Shown here: piece by piece, positions 47,273 through 55,936 of the stretch
Position numbering within the stretch: the first letter of the stretch is position 1
Layout: every line of letters starts with the position of its first letter
NCBI GenBank assembly: GCA_031372565.1
Contig: JANMLN010000003.1
Span: 1 to 57,760, forward strand
Source of the DNA: Gemmatimonadota bacterium
GTDB taxonomy: Bacteria; Gemmatimonadota; Gemmatimonadetes; Gemmatimonadales; Gemmatimonadaceae
DNA: 57,760 nucleotides
Direction of reading: 5' to 3'
The notes under the pieces: generated by a model
The model's database searches: none
The model's input: only the letters and a program-made list of their open reading frames with translations
Told to the model about the DNA's origin: nothing
Made by a program: the position numbers and the translations under genes

Positions 47273-47812
47273 GTGACCGACCAGCAACTGATTGCGCAGG
47301 TACTCGCCGCCGACCCACGGGCCGAGCGCGAGTTCTACGACCGTCATGTGGACCGGGTGTACCGCCTTGCCTACCGGCTGGCGGGGGATGGGACGTTGGC
47401 GCAGGACTTCACGCAGGAAACGTTCGTGCGGGCGTTCGAGCGGCTGGCGCAGTTTCGAGGCGAGGCGGCGCTGTCCACGTGGGTCTGTTCGATCTGCGTG
47501 TCGGTCTCGCTGAACGGGATCAAGTCGCGCACATCGCGCAGCCAGCGCGAGGTGGCCGTGGACGTGATGCCGGATGCGCCCGTGACGCGGCGGGAAAGCG
47601 AGCCCGATCTCAAGTCGCGCATGCAGTCGGCGATCGACGCACTGCCGGATGGCTACCGCACGGTGTTCCTCATGCACGACCTCGAGGGTTTCACGCACGA
47701 GGAGATCGGCCGGGCACTCGAGATCCAGCCCGGCACGAGCAAGGCACAACTGTTCCGGGCCCGCGCCAAGCTGCGCGTGGCGCTGGCTGACTTCGCAGGA
47801 GACTGGGCATGA
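47273..47812 (+). CDS. ECF sigma-70 factor
   Basis: AQDFTQETFVRAF, FRGEAALSTW and HDLEGFTHEEIG...GTSKAQLFRAR motifs; start GTG 47273. Confidence 0.95.
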   Translation: MTDQQLIAQVLAADPRAEREFYDRHVDRVYRLAYRLAGDGTLAQDFTQETFVRAFERLAQFRGEAALSTWVCSICVSVSLNGIKSRTSRSQREVAVDVMPDAPVTRRESEPDLKSRMQSAIDALPDGYRTVFLMHDLEGFTHEEIGRALEIQPGTSKAQLFRARAKLRVALADFAGDWA

Positions 47813-48477
47813 CCGATCCAACCAATCGAGAGGAAGCGCCGCTCACCGGTGCGCTGCACGAGGCGGCCACCGCGTACCATGCGGCCGGCGACCTGGTCCC
47901 GCGCGAGGCGATGTGGGCGGCGATCGCGGCGCGCCGTTCGGGAAGCGATGCTGCGATGGTCGCAACGGCGCAGAGCACGGCACAGGTGGTGCCGATCCGC
48001 CGCGTGCCGCGCTGGGCCTACGCGGCGGCGGCCACGATGCTGCTCACGATGGGAATCGGTATTGGCCGGCAGATGCGTGGCAATCTGGTAGCGGCACGCG
48101 AGCTGGCGCGCGGCGACAGTCTGACGTCGGTGGCCGTGTGGCAGGAAGCGAGCGTCGAGCATTTCGGCCAAGCCGAGACGCTGCTCACCTGGTTGGCGAG
48201 CTCGAGGGAGGCGCGCGCCGATGCACAGCTGACCGCGTGGTCGCGCGACCTGCTCGTCGGCACGCGGCTGCTGCTCGATTCGCCGGCCGGCCGCGACCCG
48301 CGTCGACGCCCGATGCTGCTCGAGCTTGAACTGGTCCTGGTGCAGCTGGTCGAGTCCGGACCGAGCGCCGCGCCTGCCGACCGCACGATGATGGACGAGT
48401 TGCTCTCGCGCTCGTCGCTGCTCTTGACCCGTCTTCGGACGACCGTCCCTGCGGGGATGTCGGCCGCGCAACCCTGA
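47809..48477 (+). CDS. Putative membrane anti-sigma factor
   Basis: ATGA overlap with the ECF gene; single TM (WAYAAAATMLLTMGIGIG); helical C-terminus. Confidence 0.75.
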   Translation: MTDPTNREEAPLTGALHEAATAYHAAGDLVPREAMWAAIAARRSGSDAAMVATAQSTAQVVPIRRVPRWAYAAAATMLLTMGIGIGRQMRGNLVAARELARGDSLTSVAVWQEASVEHFGQAETLLTWLASSREARADAQLTAWSRDLLVGTRLLLDSPAGRDPRRRPMLLELELVLVQLVESGPSAAPADRTMMDELLSRSSLLLTRLRTTVPAGMSAAQP

Positions 48478-48491
48478 GGCTTCGCAAGGAG

Positions 48492-50018
48492 ATGTCGATG
48501 CTGACGACAATGATGGCTGGACTGCTGATGGTCGTGCAGACCGTGCCCGTGACCCCCGCCGTACCGCCACGCGCGAGCGCTCCGGTCGCACACGCGACGA
48601 GCGCGGTGCCGGTGGCGGTGCCGGTGGCGCGCGCCGCCCGACCGATGCCGATGCCGATGCTCGCAGCGACCCCGCGTGCGGTGGCCGCGGAGGTCGATGC
48701 GGCCGAGAGCTTCGACGCTGACCCTGCGGATTCGCTCTTCCGCGTGGCGAACGAGCGCCTGGCCAAGGGCGACTACCGCGGCGCAGCCGAACTGTTTCGC
48801 GTGCTTCGGCAGCGCTATCCCAAGTCCTCGCGACTGGGCGACGCGATGTACTACGAAGCGTTCTCGCTCTACCGCGCCGGTGACCTGCCCCGCGCCCGCA
48901 CCACGCTCGACGACCTCAAGCGCAGCTACCCGGCGCAGGCGGCCCGCGGTGACGCGAACACGCTCCGCACGCGCATCTGCGGCGAACTGGCGCGGCAGGG
49001 CGACGGCAATTGCGCCGAGGAAGTGACGCGCATGTCGACGAGCGCCGCCGGCATGAGCGCGGGCTCGGCCGGCAGTGCGAGTGCCGGCGTGGGTCGCACC
49101 TCCAGCGGATCACGCACGCGTGACACCGGCTGTGGCAGTGACGACGAGGAGGACGACGAGCGCATCGCGGCGCTCAACGCCCTCATGCAGATGGACGCAG
49201 ATCGCGCGATGCCGATCCTGACCAAGGTGCTCGCCAAGCGCGAGAAGTGCTCGGAGCGGCTGCGGCGGAAGGCGGTGTTCCTCGTGTCGCAGAAGAAGCT
49301 CCCCGAGACGGCGGACATCCTGCTGGCAGCGGCCAAGGACGACCCGGACGCCGAGGTGCGCGAGCAGGCGGTGTTCTGGATGTCCCAAGTGCGCGACCCG
49401 CGCGTGACCGACATGCTGACGGGGCTGCTCAACAATCCGAAGTCGGACCCGGCGCTCCGCGAGAAGGCGTTGTTCGCACTCTCGCAGAACCATTCGGCCA
49501 AGGGCGGCGACGTCTTGCGCGCCTTCGCCGAGAACGAGAGCATGCCCACCGAGCTGCGCGAGAAGGCGATCTTCTGGCTCGGCCAGCAACGCGACGCCGA
49601 CAAGGGCGACTACCTGCGCACGCTCTACCGGAAGATCGGGAGCCTGGAGCTCAAGGAGAAGGTGCTGTTCTCGCTCTCACAGCAGCGGGCGCGCGGTAAC
49701 GAGGCGTTCCTGCTCGGGATCGTGGCCGACCCGAAGGAACCACTCGAATTGCGCAAGAAGGCGATCTTCTGGTTTGGCCAGATGAACGGCGACCTGGCGG
49801 CACTCAATGGGCTCTATGCCAGGCTCGACGATCGCGAGCTCAAGGACCAGCTGATCTTCGCCTACTCCCAGCGACGCGATGCGTCGGCGGTTGATCGCCT
49901 GATGGAGATCGCGCGCACGGAGAAGGATCGGGAACTGAAGAAGAAGGCCATCTTCTGGCTGGGGCAGTCACGCGATCCGCGCGCGGCCGGCTTCCTGGCC
50001 GAGTTGATCGACCGATGA
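48492..50018 (+). CDS. Exported TPR(BamD-like) plus HEAT-repeat protein
   Basis: AAGGAG RBS; GDYRGAAELF...YPKS...DAMYY; repeated (R/K)xKA(I/V/L)F(W/A/S)L(G/S)Q. Confidence 0.88.
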   Translation: MSMLTTMMAGLLMVVQTVPVTPAVPPRASAPVAHATSAVPVAVPVARAARPMPMPMLAATPRAVAAEVDAAESFDADPADSLFRVANERLAKGDYRGAAELFRVLRQRYPKSSRLGDAMYYEAFSLYRAGDLPRARTTLDDLKRSYPAQAARGDANTLRTRICGELARQGDGNCAEEVTRMSTSAAGMSAGSAGSASAGVGRTSSGSRTRDTGCGSDDEEDDERIAALNALMQMDADRAMPILTKVLAKREKCSERLRRKAVFLVSQKKLPETADILLAAAKDDPDAEVREQAVFWMSQVRDPRVTDMLTGLLNNPKSDPALREKALFALSQNHSAKGGDVLRAFAENESMPTELREKAIFWLGQQRDADKGDYLRTLYRKIGSLELKEKVLFSLSQQRARGNEAFLLGIVADPKEPLELRKKAIFWFGQMNGDLAALNGLYARLDDRELKDQLIFAYSQRRDASAVDRLMEIARTEKDRELKKKAIFWLGQSRDPRAAGFLAELIDR

Positions 50019-50791
50019 ACGCCGCGCGCTGGGGCCTGCTCATCGTCGTGGGGGGGGCGTGTGCCACCCCCGTGATGGCCCAGGAGTCGATTGCGCGCGC
50101 GGTGCAGCGCTCGGGGACCGGGACGGTGCGCCTCGCATTCCGCGCACGCGCCGGCGTGTGTGGCAGCGGCCAGTCGATGTCGTTCAACACGGGACGTACC
50201 GAGTGGCGCGGCAAGCGCGGCGAGTGGGAGTCGGAGTGTGACCCGGGACCGGTGCGCGTGGCCGTCGACGTGCAGGACGGGACGCCGACCGCGCTGCGCT
50301 TCTATGTGGGGGGCCGCTGGGGGACGCGTGCCGAGGGCGTCGACGCGGGGATGGTCGGTGCGGCTGAGGCGGCGCGATACTTCGGACAGCTCGCCGAGCG
50401 TGGAGCACCGCGCGTGGCCAAGGAGGCGATTGTCATCGCGACACTCGCCGACTCGCTCGACGTGACGCCCATGCTCCTGCGCGTCGCCAAGGACGAGAAG
50501 CGCGAGCGCGACGTGCGGAAGAGCGCCGTCTTCTGGCTCGGTCAGGCGGTCGGTGACGCGATCGCGCCGCTCGATGGCATCGCGAACGACGCGGACGAAG
50601 ATCTCGAGGTGCGCAAGCAGGCGGTGTTTGCCCTCTCGCAGCGCCCCAAGGATGAAGCGGTGCCCGCGCTCCTCAAGATCGTGCGCGGCAGGTCGGACCC
50701 GCGCATCCGGAAGACGGCGGTCTTCTGGCTCGGGCAGTCGGGCGATCCGCGCGCCGTCGCGTACTTCGAGGACGTGCTGACGCGTCCGTAG
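50015..50791 (+). CDS. Exported HEAT-repeat protein
   Basis: Signal peptide; VRKSAVFWLGQ, VRKQAVFALSQ and IRKTAVFWLGQ repeats; ATGA overlap. Confidence 0.88.
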   Translation: MNAARWGLLIVVGGACATPVMAQESIARAVQRSGTGTVRLAFRARAGVCGSGQSMSFNTGRTEWRGKRGEWESECDPGPVRVAVDVQDGTPTALRFYVGGRWGTRAEGVDAGMVGAAEAARYFGQLAERGAPRVAKEAIVIATLADSLDVTPMLLRVAKDEKRERDVRKSAVFWLGQAVGDAIAPLDGIANDADEDLEVRKQAVFALSQRPKDEAVPALLKIVRGRSDPRIRKTAVFWLGQSGDPRAVAYFEDVLTRP

Positions 50792-50803
50792 CCCTGCTCC
50801 GGG

Positions 50804-52819
50804 CTACGGGAGCGTGAACCGCGCGGTGACGGTCTTCGTGAGATTGCTCGTGTTACGCACGGTCAGCGCGACCGTATAGCTCCCCGCGCTCGTGTACGTC
50901 CGCGTGGTCAGCTTGCCTGTCTGGAAGGAGCCTGCGCCGAAGTCCCACGTGTACGAGTCGATGCCGACCTCGTCCGTCGAGCGCGCGGCGTCGAACGTGC
51001 AGACGCGCGTGGTGCGTACGCAACTCACGGTGAAGCTGGCGACCGGCGCTACGGGAGTGGTGCGCACGTCGTACGTCACGTTGGCCGACTGCCCGGCGTC
51101 GTCGGTGACCGTGAGCTTGACGGCGTAACGGCCCTGCGCGCTATAGGTGCGTGCCGCCGTGGCGCGCGTGCCGCTGACGACGGCCGAGCCATCGCCGAAG
51201 TCCCACTCGTACCGTGCGATCCGGCCGTCATCGCTCGAGCCACCGGCATTGAGGGAGCAGGTGCGTCCGGTACACGAGAAGGTCGCCGACGGCGCGGGCG
51301 GGAGATCACGCACGGTGACCGTGTCGGTCGCCGTGTTCGTGAGACCGGGGCGGTCACGCACGGTGAGCGTGACGGCGTAGCGACCGTCGGCGGTCCACGC
51401 CTTGGTGGTTGTGGCACTCGTCGCGCCCGAGAGCGACTGGAACGTCCACACGTACCCGGTCACGGCGGCATCATCCGTCGACGTGCGACCGTCGAAGGCG
51501 CAGGAGCGGCGTGTGCAGGTGCGCGTGATCCTCGCCACGGGCGCAGCGTTCGGTGCGCCGGTCGAGCCGCCCGAACTCGGTGGCGGCGCGCTCGTGGTGA
51601 TGAACACCATCCGGTTGCCGGCGGTCGTGCGCGCGTCCGTCACGACGTTGGTGCTCGCGCCACTGACGAGTGCCGAGTGCACCTGGGCCGGCGTCGCGGT
51701 CGGGAACGCTTCCAGATAGAGCGCCGCAACCCCCGCCACGAACGGCGACGCCGCCGAGGTGCCGTTCCAGCTCTTGGAGCCGACATCGACGGTGTTCAGC
51801 GCACCGACGACATTCGCGCCCGGCGCGAACAGGTCCACGCAATTGCCGAAGTTCGAGAACGAGGCACGCGCATCACGGTTGTCCGTCGCCCCGACCGTGA
51901 TCGCGCTCGGCGCGCGCGCGGGCGACTTGGTGCAGGCGTCCGTCGTCTCGTTGCCCGCCGCCACCACGACGATGATGCCCGCAGCCGTCGCGCGTGCGAC
52001 GGCGTCGTCGATCGCCTGCGTGGCGCCGCCGCCGAGCGAGAGGTTGGCGACCATCGGCACGGACGCATTCGCGCGCTTCTGCTGGATGACCCAGTCGAGA
52101 GCGCGAATCACGGTCAGCGACGAACCCGAGCCCGAGCACGGAAAGACGCGGACATCGTACAGCGACGAGTTGATGGCCGTGCCCAAGGTGCTGCCGGCGG
52201 CGTTCGACGCCACCAGCGTGCCGTGGCCGCCGCAGTCGCTCCCCCAGTCCGTGTTCTGGTCCTGCGCATTGTAGCCGCCGACCACGCGGCTGCCGAACTC
52301 GGCATGCGTCCGGCGAATCCCGGTGTCGAGGATGTAGATGCGCACGCCGTTGCCGGTCGTGCTCGCCTGGAAGCGGCCATCCAGTGGCAGGGTGCGTTGA
52401 TCCAGGCGATCGACCGCCCACGGGGTGCCGCTCTGCATCGTGGACATGACCTCCTCCTTCTCGGAGTAGGCCACGCGCGTGTCGGCCAGCATCGCGTCAA
52501 GCTCCATTTCCGAGAGCGGGGCGATGAAGCCGTTCATCTCGGGCAGCACCACGATGGAATCCGCGCGCGCCCCCGCACCCGGCGCATACTGCGCGATCAA
52601 CTGCCGCGCGACGGCCCACACCGAATCGGGCCCGTCCTGGAGGGCGACGATGCTCGGATGCACGATGTCCGCGCCCACATAGGGCGGCAGCGTCACGATC
52701 GGGATGTTTCCCCCGACGCTCGTGCCATCGGGCGTGAGCGCGTCCTGCACCGCGCACGATGCGACGACGGTGGCGAAGGCCACGACGACGGCACGACGAG
52801 CGAGAGGCAGGGGACGCAT
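50804..52819 (-). CDS. S8 subtilase lipoprotein (aqualysin/proteinase K-like) with three PKD-like domains
   Basis: Lipobox VASC; ILDTG, GHGT, AAGN and GTSAASP motifs; three S(T/S)D(D/E)..Y.W.F...Y.V.LTV.(D/N) modules. Confidence 0.92.
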   Translation of the reverse strand: MRPLPLARRAVVVAFATVVASCAVQDALTPDGTSVGGNIPIVTLPPYVGADIVHPSIVALQDGPDSVWAVARQLIAQYAPGAGARADSIVVLPEMNGFIAPLSEMELDAMLADTRVAYSEKEEVMSTMQSGTPWAVDRLDQRTLPLDGRFQASTTGNGVRIYILDTGIRRTHAEFGSRVVGGYNAQDQNTDWGSDCGGHGTLVASNAAGSTLGTAINSSLYDVRVFPCSGSGSSLTVIRALDWVIQQKRANASVPMVANLSLGGGATQAIDDAVARATAAGIIVVVAAGNETTDACTKSPARAPSAITVGATDNRDARASFSNFGNCVDLFAPGANVVGALNTVDVGSKSWNGTSAASPFVAGVAALYLEAFPTATPAQVHSALVSGASTNVVTDARTTAGNRMVFITTSAPPPSSGGSTGAPNAAPVARITRTCTRRSCAFDGRTSTDDAAVTGYVWTFQSLSGATSATTTKAWTADGRYAVTLTVRDRPGLTNTATDTVTVRDLPPAPSATFSCTGRTCSLNAGGSSDDGRIARYEWDFGDGSAVVSGTRATAARTYSAQGRYAVKLTVTDDAGQSANVTYDVRTTPVAPVASFTVSCVRTTRVCTFDAARSTDEVGIDSYTWDFGAGSFQTGKLTTRTYTSAGSYTVALTVRNTSNLTKTVTARFTLP

Positions 52820-52964
52820 GGGAGGCGAAGTTCGGGAGGAAGGGCGTGGGATCATCGGCGGGTATCGGCCCATCACGACCACTCCTTGAGTCCTCGGACT
52901 GGTCCGGCGCCGCGCCTGTCGTGCGCTTGCGTCACGACCGTTCCGAAGGCACCCTTCCGGCATC

Positions 52965-53624
52965 ATGCCCGACGCCTCCGTCCGCCTCGCGATCTATCGC
53001 CACTTTGCCGCGCACGGAGTCCCGCCCTCGCGCGCGGCGCTTCGCGAGCAGTGCGACCTCGGGGATGCCGAGCTTGACGCCGCCCTCGAACGGCTCGATG
53101 CGGGCCGGGCCATCGTGCTCGCCCCCGGAAGCCACGATCTCTGGATGGCGATGCCCTTCTCCGCCGTGCCGACCGACTATCGCGTCGACTGGGGCGCCGC
53201 GTCAGGCTTCGCGAACTGCGCGTGGGACGCCCTCGGCATTGCCGCCGCGCTCGCGACCGACGCCACGATCACCTGCCCGGACCCCCTCGATGCGTCGCCC
53301 CTGACGGTGCGGGTTCGCGGCGGTGTCGTGATGCCGGACAGTCACGTCGTGCATTTCGCGGTTCCAGCCGTGCGCTGGTGGGACGACATCGGCTTCACGT
53401 GAAGCACGATCCTGGTCTTCCGGTCGGAGGACGACGTGCAGCGCTGGTGTGAACGTCGACACCGCAGTGTCTCCGGCCTCATGCCGATAACCACGACGTG
53501 GGCTCTCGCCCGCGCCTGGTATCACGACCGCCTCAGTCCTGAGTGGCGGCGTCCGACGCGCGACGAGATTTCTGTGCTGTTCGCCAGCATGGGCCTCACG
53601 GGCCCGGCCTGGTCGTTCGGCTGA
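52965..53624 (+). CDS. MerB-like organomercurial lyase with in-frame UGA (probable selenocysteine) at 53400-53402
   Basis: HTH-like N-terminus; MPFS and ANCAWDALG motifs; WWDDIGFT-UGA-STILVFRSE continues in frame to 53624. Confidence 0.85.
53400..53439 (+). other. Bacterial SECIS-like hairpin
   Basis: UGA, then lower stem GCACG/CGTGC and upper stem GTCTTCC/GGAGGAC closing a GGTC loop (53422-53425). Confidence 0.75.
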
Positions 53625-53646
53625 CAGCCCCACTCCCGGACCCCTC

Positions 53647-55536
53647 ATGCCTGCACTCCGCACCGTCCTGCTGTCCGCCACGCTGCTCACCGCGTCCGCG
53701 CACCCGTCCAACGCGGCCGCGGCGCAGGACGCGGCACTCGAGAGTGTCCCTCGGCTGACCACCCTCGTGGCACGCCCGGGCAGCGATGTCGCTCCGGTCG
53801 TCGAACGATTCACGGCAGATCGCAACGCGCTCGCCCGTCGATACGACGGCGAAGGCTCGCCGCGACAGCGCCAGCGCATGCGCGCCTTCCACGACGCGTG
53901 GCGGACACGACTCCGCGAGATCCCCTTCGATCGTCTGAACACCGAAGGCAAGGCCGATTGGGTGTTGCTCGACAACCACCTGACGTATCAGCTCGCGCTC
54001 ATCGCGCGACAGGAGCGCCAGCGCGCCGAGACCGCGCCGCTGCTGCCGTTTGCCGATGGTCTGCTGATGCTGCACGACGCTCGGCGGGAGCTCGAGCCGG
54101 TGCGTGCGCCGGAGGCGGCGCGCGCACTCGCCGCCGCGCTCAAGGCGGTCGACTCGTTGCGCGCCCTCTGGGAGCCGGCCCCTGCCACCGACTCCGCCGC
54201 GCGCGCCCGCGCCAAGGCGGCCCAGCCGCGCGTCTCGCGCACGATCGCGAACAGGGGGGCGGTACAGGTGGACGAACTCCGCGCCACCCTGCGCACGTGG
54301 TACCGCTTCTACGACGGCTACGATCCGCTCTTCACCTGGTGGAACCGGGTCCCGTACGCGAAGCTCGATTCGGGGCTCATCCGCTACGCACGCACGCTGC
54401 GGGAGAGGATCGTCGGGATTCCGCCGCAGGTGGCGCAGCGCCTCTCGGGCGGTGCGGCCGGCTCCGGCGACGACGGCGCCAGCGACGGCCCCATCATCGG
54501 CGACCCGATTGGCGCAGACGGGCTCAAGGCCGACCTCGCGCACGAGATGATCCCCTACACGGCCGATGAACTGATCGCGATCGCCGAGCGCGAGTATGCG
54601 TTCTCGCTGAGCGAAGTGAAGAAGGCCGCGCGCGAGCTGGGCTTCGGCGATGACTGGAAGAAGGCGATGGACAAGGTGAAGGACACCTATGTCGAGCCCG
54701 GCAAGCAGCCCGAGCTCATTCGCAACCTCGCACGACAGGCCGAGCAGTACTTCGCCGAGCACGACTGGGTCACCATCCCCAAGCTCGCGACCGAGGACTG
54801 GCGGATGGAGATGCTCTCGCCCGAGCGGCAGAAGACGAGCCCGTTCTTTCTTGGTGGCGACCTGATCCTCGTGTCGTACCCGACGATCGACATGGCGGAT
54901 GACGACAAGCTCATGAGCCTGCGAGGCAACAACCCGCACTTCTCGCACGCGACCGTCTTTCACGAACTCAACCCCGGGCATCACCTGCAGGGGTTCATGC
55001 AGGCGCGCTACAACACGCACCGTCGCCTGTTCGGCACCCCGTTCTGGAACGAGGGACAATCGCTGTACTGGGAGATGTTCCTCTGGGATCGCGGCTTTCA
55101 CGCGAGCCCGGAAGACCGGATCGGTGCGCTCTTCTGGCGCATGCATCGGAGCGCGCGGATCATCTTCTCGCTCAACTTCCACCTGGGGAAGATGACGCCG
55201 GAGCAGTCGGTGCAGTTCCTCGTCGACACGGTGAACTTCGAGCGCGCGAATGCCGAAGGCGAGGTGCGCCGCTCCTTCAACGGCACCTATTCGCCGCTCT
55301 ACCAGGCCGGCTACATGCTCGGCGGCCTGCAGATCCGGGCGCTGTACAAGGAGCTCGTGACGAGCGGCAAGCTCACCGATCGCGCGTTCCACGATGCGAT
55401 TCTCGAAGGCGGGGCGATGCCCATCACGATGGTGCGCGCGCGCCTCGCCAAAGTTCCGATTCCGCGCGAGGGTCTCCCCGCGTGGAAGTTCGCCGACCAG
55501 CTGCCGCCGCCCGTGCCATGGAGCGCGCGCCGGTAG
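53647..55536 (+). CDS. Secreted DUF885 family protein (metallopeptidase-like)
   Basis: Signal peptide; FHELNPGHHLQ, WNEG..LYWE, EVRR, YMLG and FHDAIL motifs. Confidence 0.88.
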   Translation: MPALRTVLLSATLLTASAHPSNAAAAQDAALESVPRLTTLVARPGSDVAPVVERFTADRNALARRYDGEGSPRQRQRMRAFHDAWRTRLREIPFDRLNTEGKADWVLLDNHLTYQLALIARQERQRAETAPLLPFADGLLMLHDARRELEPVRAPEAARALAAALKAVDSLRALWEPAPATDSAARARAKAAQPRVSRTIANRGAVQVDELRATLRTWYRFYDGYDPLFTWWNRVPYAKLDSGLIRYARTLRERIVGIPPQVAQRLSGGAAGSGDDGASDGPIIGDPIGADGLKADLAHEMIPYTADELIAIAEREYAFSLSEVKKAARELGFGDDWKKAMDKVKDTYVEPGKQPELIRNLARQAEQYFAEHDWVTIPKLATEDWRMEMLSPERQKTSPFFLGGDLILVSYPTIDMADDDKLMSLRGNNPHFSHATVFHELNPGHHLQGFMQARYNTHRRLFGTPFWNEGQSLYWEMFLWDRGFHASPEDRIGALFWRMHRSARIIFSLNFHLGKMTPEQSVQFLVDTVNFERANAEGEVRRSFNGTYSPLYQAGYMLGGLQIRALYKELVTSGKLTDRAFHDAILEGGAMPITMVRARLAKVPIPREGLPAWKFADQLPPPVPWSARR

Positions 55537-55898
55537 CGGAGAGCGGCGACGACCGCCGCCAGCACTACCGGATCATCTATCCGGTCATGGTCCAGCCGCG
55601 GTTCGTGATCGCCGGCGCGCGGGACCACGTGCGCGTGCGCGACTGTTCGGAGTCGGGCCTCCGGTATGCGTCGGCGGGCGGCACACGTCCATCACTCGGA
55701 GACTTCGTGTGCGGCCGCGTGCACTTCCACCCGCGCCGTCAGATCGAGGTCGAGGGAGAGGTGATACGCGTCGGACGTGACGACATCGTGCTGCGCCTGC
55801 TGCATCCCGGCATTCCGCTCGCGACGATCTTTGCGGAACAGCGCCACTTGATGCGCTTGTACCCGGATGGGTTCGACCCGAAGCAACGACAGGACTAG
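55518..55898 (+). CDS. PilZ-domain protein (c-di-GMP receptor)
   Basis: RRQHYR (RxxxR) and DCSESG (DxSxxG) motifs; GEVIR. Confidence 0.8.
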   Translation: MERAPVAESGDDRRQHYRIIYPVMVQPRFVIAGARDHVRVRDCSESGLRYASAGGTRPSLGDFVCGRVHFHPRRQIEVEGEVIRVGRDDIVLRLLHPGIPLATIFAEQRHLMRLYPDGFDPKQRQD

Positions 55899-55936
55899 AC
55901 CGGGATCGGCGCGACCTGCGGTCGCAGGCCCCGCGC

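Noticed and set aside
53436..53624. Independent 62-aa gene
   Set aside because: It is in frame with the upstream MerB-like ORF and better explained as its C-terminus after UGA recoding.
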